NCBI GenBank assembly: GCA_046290225.1
Contig: JBKAGE010000079.1
Coordinates: 64,001-128,000 of the forward strand
Direction of reading: 5' to 3'
Length of the DNA: 64,000 nucleotides
Source: Bradymonadia bacterium
GTDB taxonomy: Bacteria > Myxococcota_A > Bradymonadia > UBA7976 > UBA1532
In this document: piece by piece, positions 52,127 through 62,138 of the stretch
Numbering within the stretch: position 1 is the first letter of the stretch
Layout: the number at the start of each line of letters is the position of its first letter
Position numbers and translations under genes: made by a program
Notes under the pieces: generated by a model
Told to the model about the DNA's origin: nothing
Seen by the model: only the letters and a program-made list of their open reading frames with translations
Database searches by the model: none

Positions 52127-53140
52127 TCAGGGGGCGCCGGGGGCTTTGGGGGGCGCGACGAGGTCGGCGCTGCCCCTGAGGAGGGCGGCTTCTACGGCGT
52201 ATTTCGATGCCAGGACCACATAATCGCGGTCATCTGCCTTTACGTACATGTAGGCAGATTTGCCTTTTTCGACGCCCACGCGGTAGTGCGCGGTCTTCTG
52301 GGTGGCCGCCTCTCCGTCACCCTCGGTGTAAATCAGAGTGACGTCAGCGCCTTGGCCCAGGCCGAACTCCGGCTTCTCTTCTTTGCTCACCGGCGTGTTG
52401 AGGTACACCTTGCTCACCCCGCTCACCAGGCTGTTCACCTTGGTCTCGTCGAGGGCGGCGCCTTCAGGGGCGCCTTCGAGGGTCCACTGACCGTTCACCT
52501 TGAGCAGCTTGAAGCTGCCCTTGGCGTTGGTCACCGCGATGGACTCGAGGCGGTCTTTGTCCACGCTCACATAGGTGGTGTCGAGGTAGGTGCGGGGCGT
52601 GGCGCCGATGGACCACTCCGAGACGCCGTTGGCTCGATAGACGTCGTCAGAGTCAGCGCGGCGCACGTGAATGGTGTTTGCAGCCCCTGGGCCCACATAG
52701 AAGGTCTTCTGCTCGCCCTTCACCGTGACGGTGACTTTCTTGCTGTACCCGACCTCGTCCACCTTGAGGGCCTCGTGGTTGCCCTTGCGGGTGGCGATGG
52801 GGCGGCGCACCTGCAGGTCGGTGAGCTTGCTCACCACGTCGTTCACCTTGTCGGCCTTGGCGGGGTAGTCGCCGGCAGAGCTGATGATCCAGCCCTCGCC
52901 CTGGCGGGTGAGGGTGACCGAGGGCACCTCGGGGGGCTCGTCGGAAGGCCTGGCCCCATCGGTGGCCTCTTCGGGCTGCCCCACGATGGTGAGGGCGGTG
53001 ACGTCGTCGATGCTGCCGTCGACGATGGCCTGGGCCCCGGGCGGGGCGCTGGCGCCGCCGCTGGTGGTCCAGGTGATGGCCACGAGAATGGCCTGGGCCG
53101 CGATGAGGATGCCGAGGATGTTGTTGAGCTTCTGCATCAC
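52127..53140 (-). CDS. DUF4340-like membrane-anchored protein
   Basis: N-terminal TM, two LTRxxxxW repeats, position downstream of a GldFG-type gene. Confidence 0.75.
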   Translation of the reverse strand: MMQKLNNILGILIAAQAILVAITWTTSGGASAPPGAQAIVDGSIDDVTALTIVGQPEEATDGARPSDEPPEVPSVTLTRQGEGWIISSAGDYPAKADKVNDVVSKLTDLQVRRPIATRKGNHEALKVDEVGYSKKVTVTVKGEQKTFYVGPGAANTIHVRRADSDDVYRANGVSEWSIGATPRTYLDTTYVSVDKDRLESIAVTNAKGSFKLLKVNGQWTLEGAPEGAALDETKVNSLVSGVSKVYLNTPVSKEEKPEFGLGQGADVTLIYTEGDGEAATQKTAHYRVGVEKGKSAYMYVKADDRDYVVLASKYAVEAALLRGSADLVAPPKAPGAP

Positions 53141-56019
53141 TTCCTCTCCGGAGCCAGGGTGAGGGGTCGACGGCGGCGGGTGCCGGCGGCGAGGAAGACC
53201 ACGAGGGCCAGGGCGATGAGGGCGAAGCCGTAGTTGCTCACCTCCCAGGTGGTGCGCTCGCTGTCCTCCATGGGGTCGAGGGTGCGGGCAAAGGCCCCGG
53301 CGCTGCGGATCTGCAGCAGATCGGTGTCGGCGAGGGCCCAGTCCACGATGTTGCGCAGGAACTGGAAGTTGCCCCGGTACACCCCGCCGCTGGCATCTTG
53401 AGCGAGGCCGGTGATGATGTCCGAGGCGAAGGTGGAGCTGCCCACGACCACGAGGCGGGCGTCGCCCACCGACTGTTTGATGGTCTGCCCTGAGCGATCG
53501 ATCTGCTGACCTTCCGCAGGAGGCGCACCAGACAGATCGACGAGGGGAGAAGGCTTGTCGTTGAAGTAGCTGGTGATCTGGCCCACGAGGGTCACGGCTA
53601 CGGGTCGACGCCCGATGTCACCCTCCACCTCGAAGACAGGGCGGCCCTGCTCATCTGTGGTCTTGGGCATCATGACCATGCTCTTGCGCATCCAGGAGCC
53701 GCTGGAGGTTTCGAGCAGCACTTCGCGCTGGAGCCCCTCGGGCAGGGTCTCCGCGAGCTTGAGGGGCGAAGCCCAGGTGAGAGCCACGTTCGCCAGACCC
53801 GCGAGGGCCACGTGGCCTTCGTTGAAGCCGTCGCGCCGGATGTCGGGGAAGAAGGGGTAGCTCACCATCTCGATGGCCCGAATCTGGAACCCCCGAACCT
53901 CTTTCTGCACAGGCAGAGGGATCTGAGCGCTCTGCGGATCCATGGCGAAGGCGGGCTCCACTCCGACGCCGTAGTGTGCCAGCAGCTTGAGCAGCCGGGG
54001 GTTCTCCGCTGCAGCGGTGAAGCCCTTCTGAGGGTCGAAGTTCACATCGTATCCCGCCAGGGCGACCACCGAGCCGCCCCGCATGAGGAACTGGTCGATG
54101 GCGTATTGCTGCTTGGGGGTGAGCTGCCCGGGCTTGGCCACCACGAGCACATCGACGTCGCTGTCGATCTGGCCCTCCTTGGCCTCGATGCGCTTCACCT
54201 GGAACTCTTGGGAGAAGAGCTGCTCGATGGCCCGGTAGTCCGCCTGCTTCGGCGGTGGCTGCATCTGCGGCGGCAGCATGGGGTTGTTCTGTGGCTGCTC
54301 TGGCTGCTCTGTGAGCAACGCCACAGTCTTCATGAAGCCCGGGGTGGCGCGCTTGAGGGCCGACTCCACGGCGGTGCGCAGGTCGGCCTCCTTGATGTCG
54401 CCTTGCAAGAAGATCTGCTCGAGGCGGCCTTCCACGTCGATGAGCAGGTACATGTAGAAAGTCTGCTCGCTCAGGAAGTCCATCGACATGGGCCGGAACC
54501 CGTACTTCATGTTGATGGCCTGGGCGAGGGCTTGATCCTTGCTCGGATCCTTCAACTCATAGCTGAACTTGCCCCCGGCCTTCTCTTTGAGCTCGTCCAC
54601 CACCTTCTGCAGCTGCTCGGGCACCTTCTTGAGCTGGTCGGGCAAGCTGTCGGGGGAGATGTAGGCCGTGAGCTTCGCCCCAGTCTTCATCTGGGCGAAG
54701 ACCCCCTCGAGGCTCTGGAACTCCTGGGTGATCTTCTTGATCGAGCGGGTGACGTCGTATTCGAGGTTGCGCAGCCTGATCTGCACCTCGTTGCGATCGT
54801 CGGCGTAGACCTCGATGAGCTGAGGGAACGACAGCACCTCGTACTCATCACCGTAGCGCACCAGAATGTGGAAGAACGAGTTCACCACCGACTTCTGGTG
54901 ACGATCGGAGACCGGGAGCGGCTCGCTGCGGATGCCGTACTGATCACCGATCTCGGCTTCGAGGGCCTCGTCCGTCGTGGGATCGGCGAACTCCACCACC
55001 ACATTGCCGCCGCCGTGGATGGCGTACTCCTGCAGAAGGTCCTTCACGCGGGGTACCAGCGGAGCCAGCTTCGGGTGCGTGCGGGCGGAGAAGTAGCCGC
55101 TGATGACCAGCTGCTCGTCGAGCCCCGCGAGCATGTTCTCGGTGACATCGCTGATGCTGTAGTCGCCGTTGGCGGTGAGATCGACGCGGATCTGATTCAC
55201 CGGGGCGAGCCACATGTTCAGCAAGAGCACGTTCACCCCGGCGAGCAGGGTGGTGAGGGTGAGGGCCACCCGCGGGTTTGCCCGATCAGTGGGGCCCTGG
55301 TCGAGCCGCTTGCGCTCGAGGAACACCCCGTTGAGCAACAAGAAGAACGTCGTGAGGCTGAGGTAGTAGGCCAGATCTCGAAGATCGAGCACACCGCGCT
55401 CGATGCTGGCGAAGCGGCTGCCGGTGCCCATGGCCCGCAGCACGTCACCGGTCTGGTTGCTCACCAAGTCCACCAGGGCCGGGGCGCCGATCAGGTACAG
55501 CACGCCGCAGGCCACGAGGGTGGTCATCAAGGCCACGAGCTGGTTGTCGGTGAGGGCGCTGATCCACAGGCCCAGGGCCATATAGGTGCTCGCCAGCAAC
55601 AGCGCAGCCACGTAGCCACCGAAGACCGGCCCCCAGTCGAGATCGCCGAGCATGGACACGGTGATGGGCAGGGGCAGAGTGAGCAACAGCGCGAGACCCA
55701 CCAGGGCCATGCCGGCGACGAACTTGCCCAGCACGAGATCGCGGGTCCTGAGGGGCAGGGTGAAGAGCACCTCGAGGGTGCCCATCTTCTGCTCCTCGCT
55801 CCAGGCCCGCATGGTGATGGCCCCGGTGAGCAGGATCATCAGCAGGGGCAGTCGGGAGAACAGAGGCCGAACGTCGGCGATGTTCCGGGCGAAGAAGGTG
55901 TCCCAAACGAAGAAGGACAGTAATGTGACGAGCAGAAAGATGCCCAGGAAGATCAGGGCCACCGGGCTCTGGAAGTAGGCCCGGATCTCTTTGCGGGCCA
56001 CTGTGCGGATGCTGCTCAT
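53137..56019 (-). CDS. GldF/GldG-type fused ABC permease and accessory domain
   Basis: KEIRAYFQSP, EEQKMGTLE, VDLTANGDYSIS and EYDVTRSI motifs. Confidence 0.88.
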   Translation of the reverse strand: MSSIRTVARKEIRAYFQSPVALIFLGIFLLVTLLSFFVWDTFFARNIADVRPLFSRLPLLMILLTGAITMRAWSEEQKMGTLEVLFTLPLRTRDLVLGKFVAGMALVGLALLLTLPLPITVSMLGDLDWGPVFGGYVAALLLASTYMALGLWISALTDNQLVALMTTLVACGVLYLIGAPALVDLVSNQTGDVLRAMGTGSRFASIERGVLDLRDLAYYLSLTTFFLLLNGVFLERKRLDQGPTDRANPRVALTLTTLLAGVNVLLLNMWLAPVNQIRVDLTANGDYSISDVTENMLAGLDEQLVISGYFSARTHPKLAPLVPRVKDLLQEYAIHGGGNVVVEFADPTTDEALEAEIGDQYGIRSEPLPVSDRHQKSVVNSFFHILVRYGDEYEVLSFPQLIEVYADDRNEVQIRLRNLEYDVTRSIKKITQEFQSLEGVFAQMKTGAKLTAYISPDSLPDQLKKVPEQLQKVVDELKEKAGGKFSYELKDPSKDQALAQAINMKYGFRPMSMDFLSEQTFYMYLLIDVEGRLEQIFLQGDIKEADLRTAVESALKRATPGFMKTVALLTEQPEQPQNNPMLPPQMQPPPKQADYRAIEQLFSQEFQVKRIEAKEGQIDSDVDVLVVAKPGQLTPKQQYAIDQFLMRGGSVVALAGYDVNFDPQKGFTAAAENPRLLKLLAHYGVGVEPAFAMDPQSAQIPLPVQKEVRGFQIRAIEMVSYPFFPDIRRDGFNEGHVALAGLANVALTWASPLKLAETLPEGLQREVLLETSSGSWMRKSMVMMPKTTDEQGRPVFEVEGDIGRRPVAVTLVGQITSYFNDKPSPLVDLSGAPPAEGQQIDRSGQTIKQSVGDARLVVVGSSTFASDIITGLAQDASGGVYRGNFQFLRNIVDWALADTDLLQIRSAGAFARTLDPMEDSERTTWEVSNYGFALIALALVVFLAAGTRRRRPLTLAPERK

Positions 56020-56972
56020 GCGGTGGCCTCCTGGTGGACGCTGGCGTGATCGCTCATCAGATCGCGGAACACGTTCTCGAGGCTGGTGATCTCCGGGGCG
56101 ATGCCTCCGAGGACCCAGCTGCGCTCGGTGGCAGCCTTGATGATCTCGGGGATGGGTCGAGTCTCGCCCTCACAGGTGACCCGCCACCGCATGAACCCGC
56201 TCTGGTGGGGATCGGCGTCGTGGGCCTTCACCTTCTGCACCCCCTTCACGCCCCGGAGCACGCCCACGACGTCGTCGGTGCCGTCGGCGACGCTCACAAG
56301 GACCGTGTCGGTGGCGAGCATCTCTTCCAGGCGGGCGTCGGCGGCGAGGTGGCCGTCGATCATGATGAGCACCCGATCGCAGATGGCCTCGATCTCCGAG
56401 AGGATGTGGGTGGACAAGATGACCGTGGAGTGCTCGGCGAGCTGCTTGATGAGCCGACGGATCTCCACAATCTGCACCGGGTCGAGGCCGTTGGTGGGCT
56501 CGTCGAGCACCAGCACGTCGGGGCGGTGCAAGATGGCGCCGGCGAGGCCCACGCGCTGCTTGTACCCTTTCGACAGGGTGCCGATGCTCTGGGTGAGGCG
56601 CTCGCTGAGCCCCGTGGCCCGAACGGCGTCGCTGATGGCCTGCAGGCGATCCTTCTGAGGGATCTGCCGCAGCTCCGCCATCATGATGAGGTACTCCTGC
56701 ACCAGCATCTCCGGATAAAGCGGGGCGCTCTCCGGCAGATATCCGATCTGCTTCTGCACTTGCAGGCGGGCCTTGAGGACGTCGGCGCCGCCGACGGTGA
56801 CAGTGCCCTGGGTGGGCTCGAGGTAACCCGTCAGGATCTTCATGACGGTGGTCTTCCCGGCGCCGTTGTGGCCCAGGAGGCCGACGATTTCGCCTCGGCC
56901 CACCTCGAAGGATACGCCTTTCACGGCGACGAGATCACCATAGCGTTTCTTGAGTCCATGAATCGAGATCAT
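56016..56972 (-). CDS. ABC transporter ATP-binding protein (GldA-like)
   Basis: GHNGAGKTT, LSKGYKQRVG and LDEPTNGLDP motifs; start at ATG 56972. Confidence 0.92.
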   Translation of the reverse strand: MISIHGLKKRYGDLVAVKGVSFEVGRGEIVGLLGHNGAGKTTVMKILTGYLEPTQGTVTVGGADVLKARLQVQKQIGYLPESAPLYPEMLVQEYLIMMAELRQIPQKDRLQAISDAVRATGLSERLTQSIGTLSKGYKQRVGLAGAILHRPDVLVLDEPTNGLDPVQIVEIRRLIKQLAEHSTVILSTHILSEIEAICDRVLIMIDGHLAADARLEEMLATDTVLVSVADGTDDVVGVLRGVKGVQKVKAHDADPHQSGFMRWRVTCEGETRPIPEIIKAATERSWVLGGIAPEITSLENVFRDLMSDHASVHQEATA

Positions 56973-57227
56973 GCGCAACCCTCGGGTGTGTGATGTGTGT
57001 GGCTCACCGATGGAGACCCACCGGTTTCGCCGGAGCGGAACCCTTCGCGGCCTCGACATATTCCTTACAGTGAGCGGCCATGGCCTAAACACAACGAGAC
57101 CTGGGGTCAAGGGGGCCTGAGGAAATTCAGCGGTCAGCGCCGAGGGCGATCGCCTGGTGACCTGGGTTTCGACCACCAGATACGGTAGTCTTACGGGGTC
57201 GAAGGCGACGACCCTTGGAGATGTACG

Positions 57228-59300
57228 TTGGTGGTGGAGAGGCGCAGCGCGGGGAGACGGCTGAGGGCGACTGGCGCGTTGGCGCTGTTGTGTCTCGGCG
57301 GGGCGTGTCTGCCCAAGGGCCCCGAGCCCGCGCACTATGTCCTTACCCCCGACGCTGAGGTGCCACCCACCGCCGACCCTGCCGATGCCGAGCTGCCCAT
57401 CGACCCCGCCGACGCCGGCGCACCCCCGACGCTCGATCCCGGCGGTCCCGAGACTCCACCCCTCCAGCCCGAGCTGCCCGGCGGCGGAGGCACACCCCCA
57501 CTGACCCCCCCTGAGCTGCCGCCGCCCTGGACGCGAGATCGCATGGCCTCGCCGCCTCTGTCGCCGAGCCTGTTGCGCCAGGTGGTGGCCACAGAGCAGC
57601 CCGTAGGCGTGTTCACGCTGGGCCCCGGCCGGCACCTGGTCGTGGAGCGCTCTGGGGGCCTCTTCTCCGCCACCGATCTCCGCGGGTGGAGCCCGTTGCC
57701 CACTGATTTGCAGGGTCCGGTGCTCCGCGCTCACGCCTATGATGGTGGCGTGCTGGCCTGTAGGGGGGCAGAGCGCCCCGCGATGATGGGCTATCCGGAC
57801 GGGCTCGACGGCATCGAGTCGATGCGATGGTCCTCAGCCGGTTTTGCATGTGGTCACGATGGTCGGCGCACCGTTGCTGTGGCTGGTGACACATTGCTGG
57901 CCTTGCACGCGGGTCAGCTGAGGGTCGAACGCCCGGGTGAAGCGCCGGTATTGCATCCCATCCCTCTCGATGCGCCACAGGTCATCGCCGCAGTGGATGA
58001 CAAGCGTGTGATCGTCTTGGGCGCCGATGGCGTCCGGGTCAGCTACGACGGCGGCGTCACCTTCCGGCAGGGGGTGATCCCTGATGCCGTGGTTCTCGAT
58101 GAGGTCCGCGATGCCCACGCCTTCGGAAAAGACGCTGTGGTGGCGGTGGGGGTCGGCGCCGAGGGTCGCCCGGGCGTCATGCTCAGCGAAAACCTGGGGT
58201 ACCGATGGCGCGGGATCTCCCAGCCCGCCCGAGGGCTCGAGGCCCTGGAGTTCGTGGCCTTGGACGCTGTGGGGGCCGGGGTGGCCGTGCCTCAGGGGGG
58301 TGGTCCTGGCATCGCGGTGATGCCTCGGGCGCTGCGATGGCTGCCCCTGGAGCCCTTCAGGGGTCTCACAGGGGCCCCGCTGGTGGTGGGCAGCGGTCAG
58401 TGGTGGGCGCCCCAGAGCCGTGGGCTGGTGGGTGGCATCAACGTCGACGCACCTCCACCCCCTGGCCTCGACCAGCCGCTGTGGCGGGCGATCTATCTTC
58501 ACCCGCTCGTGGCGGTGGGGGCAGGCCTCGACGAGGGCCTCTTCACTTCTACCGACGGCGGCCGTACGTGGCGCCGGCTCCCGGGCACCTCCGGGGTCAG
58601 GTTCCGTGGGCTGGCGCACTCCGGCCCGGGGACCTTCATCGCCACCGGGCCGTCCAATCTCTGGACGGCCGATCTCTGGTCACAGGGCGGGTGGTCGGTG
58701 CAGTGGCAGCGCGCTGCGGCGCCTAGTGACTGCAATGTGCAGTGGGTCAGCGTCGCCCCCGAAGGCGACATGGTGCTCGCGGGCTGTGAGGCCGGTGCGA
58801 TCCTCCGCAGCATCGACGGTGGGGCACAGTGGACCTGGAGCGCGACGGCGGAGCAGCCTCTGGCGATGCCGCTCTGGATGCCCGACGGCACCCTGTTGGC
58901 TCTGGCCAAGGAGGGGGGCTCGATCTATCAAAGCGCAGATGACGGCATCACGTGGCAGGAGCGGGGCGAGGCGACGCTTGCTCTTCCTGGAGCCGCCATC
59001 AGCTTGAAGCGCACCGATGATGGTTTCTCACTCCTGCTCGCTGATGGTCGACTGGCTCGGAGCACCGACATCGAAGGCCCATGGACGGTGGGGCCGGCGA
59101 TCCCCCGTGCATTTGAACTTCACCCGCTCGCTGGCGGTGCCGATCTCGTGGTGGCAGAGGGGGGCGTCTATCGCGTGGAGCGCACCCTCTCCGTGGCACA
59201 GATCATCCCTGCAGAGGAAGCCCTCGCCAGCACGCTCACAGGCGATGGGGGCGTGCTCGTGCTCACACCCTCTTCCACTGCGCTCTGGCGCCCTCGTTGA
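57228..59300 (+). CDS. Lipoprotein with BNR/Asp-box beta-propeller repeats
   Basis: Lipobox GGA-C; SYDGGVTF, STDGGRTW, SIDGGAQW and SADDGITW repeats. Exact start uncertain. Confidence 0.8.
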   Translation: MVVERRSAGRRLRATGALALLCLGGACLPKGPEPAHYVLTPDAEVPPTADPADAELPIDPADAGAPPTLDPGGPETPPLQPELPGGGGTPPLTPPELPPPWTRDRMASPPLSPSLLRQVVATEQPVGVFTLGPGRHLVVERSGGLFSATDLRGWSPLPTDLQGPVLRAHAYDGGVLACRGAERPAMMGYPDGLDGIESMRWSSAGFACGHDGRRTVAVAGDTLLALHAGQLRVERPGEAPVLHPIPLDAPQVIAAVDDKRVIVLGADGVRVSYDGGVTFRQGVIPDAVVLDEVRDAHAFGKDAVVAVGVGAEGRPGVMLSENLGYRWRGISQPARGLEALEFVALDAVGAGVAVPQGGGPGIAVMPRALRWLPLEPFRGLTGAPLVVGSGQWWAPQSRGLVGGINVDAPPPPGLDQPLWRAIYLHPLVAVGAGLDEGLFTSTDGGRTWRRLPGTSGVRFRGLAHSGPGTFIATGPSNLWTADLWSQGGWSVQWQRAAAPSDCNVQWVSVAPEGDMVLAGCEAGAILRSIDGGAQWTWSATAEQPLAMPLWMPDGTLLALAKEGGSIYQSADDGITWQERGEATLALPGAAISLKRTDDGFSLLLADGRLARSTDIEGPWTVGPAIPRAFELHPLAGGADLVVAEGGVYRVERTLSVAQIIPAEEALASTLTGDGGVLVLTPSSTALWRPR

Positions 59301-59524
59301 GACGCCCGATGGGATGGGCTGAGGGGTTGTCAGAGAGGGGGGCTGCGAGACCTTCTGCGAGGTGGACTGCCAGACCCACAGTGAGGGAGCTTACATTTCG
59401 CGGGGTCCTCTGTATCATGACCTGAATGCATGGATGAGGCTGGTCATGGCGGTCGAATGTCGACCCCGGGCCTCAGCCTGTGCCTGAGACAGCCTGCACC
59501 CGAGACAACGCGACGCGGAACGAC

Positions 59525-61180
59525 GTGAAGACCAAGGCGTACAAACTGGCGGCGGAGCTGGGCCTCGAAGAGGGCCCTCTCCTGGAGTGGCTCAAGGCCA
59601 ACGGCTACCCCAACATCCGCCGAGCCGACACCATCCGCGCCGATGTGTGCCAGGCGGCCCGCAAGGCCCTGGGTCGAGGGGGCAGTCGTCGCCCTCAACG
59701 CAACACCCACCGGCCCACTCAGCGACCCGAGCCGCGCCATACGGGCCGTCCTCGGGAAGAGCGAGGTCCGGATCGAGGCGCCTCAGATGGCCTGAGTGTC
59801 TCCTTTGCAGAGCTGCTCGAGTCCCATATGCCTGGTGGGGTGCGTCCGACCAAGGGGCAACGGCCCACCAAGGGACAGCGCCCCGCGAAGGGCACACAAC
59901 GCCCTGCTGCCGGTCATCCCTCTGCCGGTCGCCCGTCCGGGCAGCCGACGCAGGCCCACGCCACCCAGCGGACCGAGGGTCCGCCCCCCAAACACAACAG
60001 CAACCGGCCTCCCTGGGAGCTGCCTCAAAACGGCGCCCAACAGTCCGGATCTCATCCGAAGCCCTCCACCGTCGATCTGGAGATGGCCCGCAAGGTCGCC
60101 GCCGCCGAGAAGGCCCGTGACGAGGCCCGGCAAGATGCCGACGGGTGGCGGGTGAAGTTTCAGCGGGCTCGCCACGAGCTGGAGACGATCCAGGGGCGCT
60201 TTTCTGCCCTGGAAGAGGCTGAGGCCCAAAAGGCTGCCCTCGACGAGGAGCGGTCGCGTCTCGCCCTCGAGGTGTCCACGCTCAAGCTCAAACTCAATGA
60301 GGTCGAGGGGGAGCGGGCTGCGCTGGAGCAGACCGCAGGTGAGCTGCAACAGAGCCTGAATCAGTCCGAGTCCACGCTGATGGCCCTGGAGAAGGCCCGC
60401 AACGAGCACGTGGCTCAACAGCAGGCCGAAGCCGAAGCCCTGGCGAAGGAGAAGCTCGCCTCGGCGGCTCTGAGAGAGAGCGCGTGGCGGGCCCGGGCCC
60501 TCGAGCTCGAGCGCAGCGCCAGCAGCGCCGTGTCGCTGAGCGGTGCCCTGAGCCGAACGGGTCTCACGGAGATCGAGCAGCAAGCCCGCCTGCTGCAAAG
60601 GATCCTCGACAACCCCCAGGGGGCCCGGGCGTTGATCCGAGCCATCCGCAGCCTCGACGCCGACGCCTTTGCTCAGCTCACTCGAGATCGAGTGGCCCGA
60701 GTGTGCGCTGATCCCATGTGCAACCAAGTGGCCACCAGCAGCGAGCTCTTCGCCCTGCGGGTCGACATCGCCGCCGACTGCGACATCTGCAGAGGATCTG
60801 TCGATCGGCGCTGGTTCAGGCGCATGGTGAAGGAGTGCGAGCGGGGCGGCATCCGCCGGATTCTGGTCATCGGCGGCGCCGACGAGGTGCATCAGAGCCT
60901 GAGAGAGCTGAGCCAGGGCTTCCCCGTCGACCTGCGGCTGGTGTCCGGTGACGAGGCCCCTGAAGGCCCACGGGTCCGTAGCCGCGTCGAGGGGTGTGAC
61001 GTGCTGGTGCTCTGGGGGCAGGCTGTGGTGCCTCGGGGCATTACTGGGGCCTACCTCGAGGCGGCTCAGCGCGAGAGCCGTATGACCATTCACGTACCTG
61101 GGCAGCGTTGCGCGGTGGACGCACTGGCCCGCGCGGTGGCCCATCGGCTGGCGCGACATCTGATATTGGCCACCGCCTGA
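59525..61180 (+). CDS. IF2-N-like HTH + coiled coil + Cys motif + DUF2325-like protein
   Basis: KAYKLAAELG N-terminus, long heptad region, CADPMC..CDIC and C-terminal ILVIGG...DVLVLW. Confidence 0.65.
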   Translation: MKTKAYKLAAELGLEEGPLLEWLKANGYPNIRRADTIRADVCQAARKALGRGGSRRPQRNTHRPTQRPEPRHTGRPREERGPDRGASDGLSVSFAELLESHMPGGVRPTKGQRPTKGQRPAKGTQRPAAGHPSAGRPSGQPTQAHATQRTEGPPPKHNSNRPPWELPQNGAQQSGSHPKPSTVDLEMARKVAAAEKARDEARQDADGWRVKFQRARHELETIQGRFSALEEAEAQKAALDEERSRLALEVSTLKLKLNEVEGERAALEQTAGELQQSLNQSESTLMALEKARNEHVAQQQAEAEALAKEKLASAALRESAWRARALELERSASSAVSLSGALSRTGLTEIEQQARLLQRILDNPQGARALIRAIRSLDADAFAQLTRDRVARVCADPMCNQVATSSELFALRVDIAADCDICRGSVDRRWFRRMVKECERGGIRRILVIGGADEVHQSLRELSQGFPVDLRLVSGDEAPEGPRVRSRVEGCDVLVLWGQAVVPRGITGAYLEAAQRESRMTIHVPGQRCAVDALARAVAHRLARHLILATA

Positions 61181-61187
61181 GAGATCT

Positions 61188-62138
61188 GTGAATCCCAGCG
61201 AGATCGTCGTCTCCCGCCCCGCCGTCAAACCGCTCCTCGAGCAACTCGAGCAGGTGATCCGAGGCAAACAGGCGGTCATCGCCGATCTGCTCATCGCCAT
61301 CCTCGCCCGGGGGCACGTGCTCATGGAGGATGTGCCCGGGGTGGGCAAGACCACCCTGGCCCGGGCCCTGGCAAAGGCGTTCGAACTCGGGTCGAAGCGG
61401 GTGCAGTTCACCCCCGATCTCATGCCCACCGACATCGTCGGCTCTGCGGTGCTGCGCCCTGCCGAAGGCACCTTCGAGTTCATGCCCGGGCCAGTGTTCA
61501 CGCACATCCTGCTCGCCGACGAGATCAACAGAGCCTCACCGCGTACACAATCGGCTCTGCTCGAGGCCATGAGTGAAGATCAGGTGTCGATGGACGGCGT
61601 GACCCGGGCGCTGCCCTCGCCGTTTCTGGTCATCGCCACCCAGAACCCCGTGGAGACCGAGGGCACCTTTCCGCTCCCTGAGGCTCAGCTCGACCGGTTC
61701 TTGATGCGGCTTCATCTGGGCTATCCCACCCTCGACCAGGAGCTCGAAATTCTCAGCGCTCGACGGGTGGCGGATCCGCTCGACGCTGTAGAGGCTGTGG
61801 CCAGCGGGGATGATCTCTCCAAGTGGCAAGGTGAGGTGCAGGCGGTGCAGATCGCCGAGCCTGTGTCTCGATATTTGCTCTCTGTGGTGCACTGGACCCG
61901 GTCACACACAGATTTGTCCCTCGGTGTGAGCCCCCGTGGTGCACTGGCGCTCTATCGATGCGCTCAGGCCCGGGCCTGGCTCGAAGGACGGGCCTTTGCG
62001 ACACCCCACGACGTGCAGAGCCTCGCTCAGAGAGTCCTCGCTCACCGACTGATCCTGACGCCGCAGAGCCGGTACGCCGGCCGCAGCGCGGCGCAGGTCC
62101 TCGAAGAGGGCATCCGGGCCATCCCCGTGCCCACGTGA
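61188..62138 (+). CDS. moxR: MoxR-family AAA+ ATPase
   Basis: EDVPGVGKT, QFTPDLMPTD, DEINRA, ATQNP and LPEAQLDRF motifs. Confidence 0.95.
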   Translation: MNPSEIVVSRPAVKPLLEQLEQVIRGKQAVIADLLIAILARGHVLMEDVPGVGKTTLARALAKAFELGSKRVQFTPDLMPTDIVGSAVLRPAEGTFEFMPGPVFTHILLADEINRASPRTQSALLEAMSEDQVSMDGVTRALPSPFLVIATQNPVETEGTFPLPEAQLDRFLMRLHLGYPTLDQELEILSARRVADPLDAVEAVASGDDLSKWQGEVQAVQIAEPVSRYLLSVVHWTRSHTDLSLGVSPRGALALYRCAQARAWLEGRAFATPHDVQSLAQRVLAHRLILTPQSRYAGRSAAQVLEEGIRAIPVPT

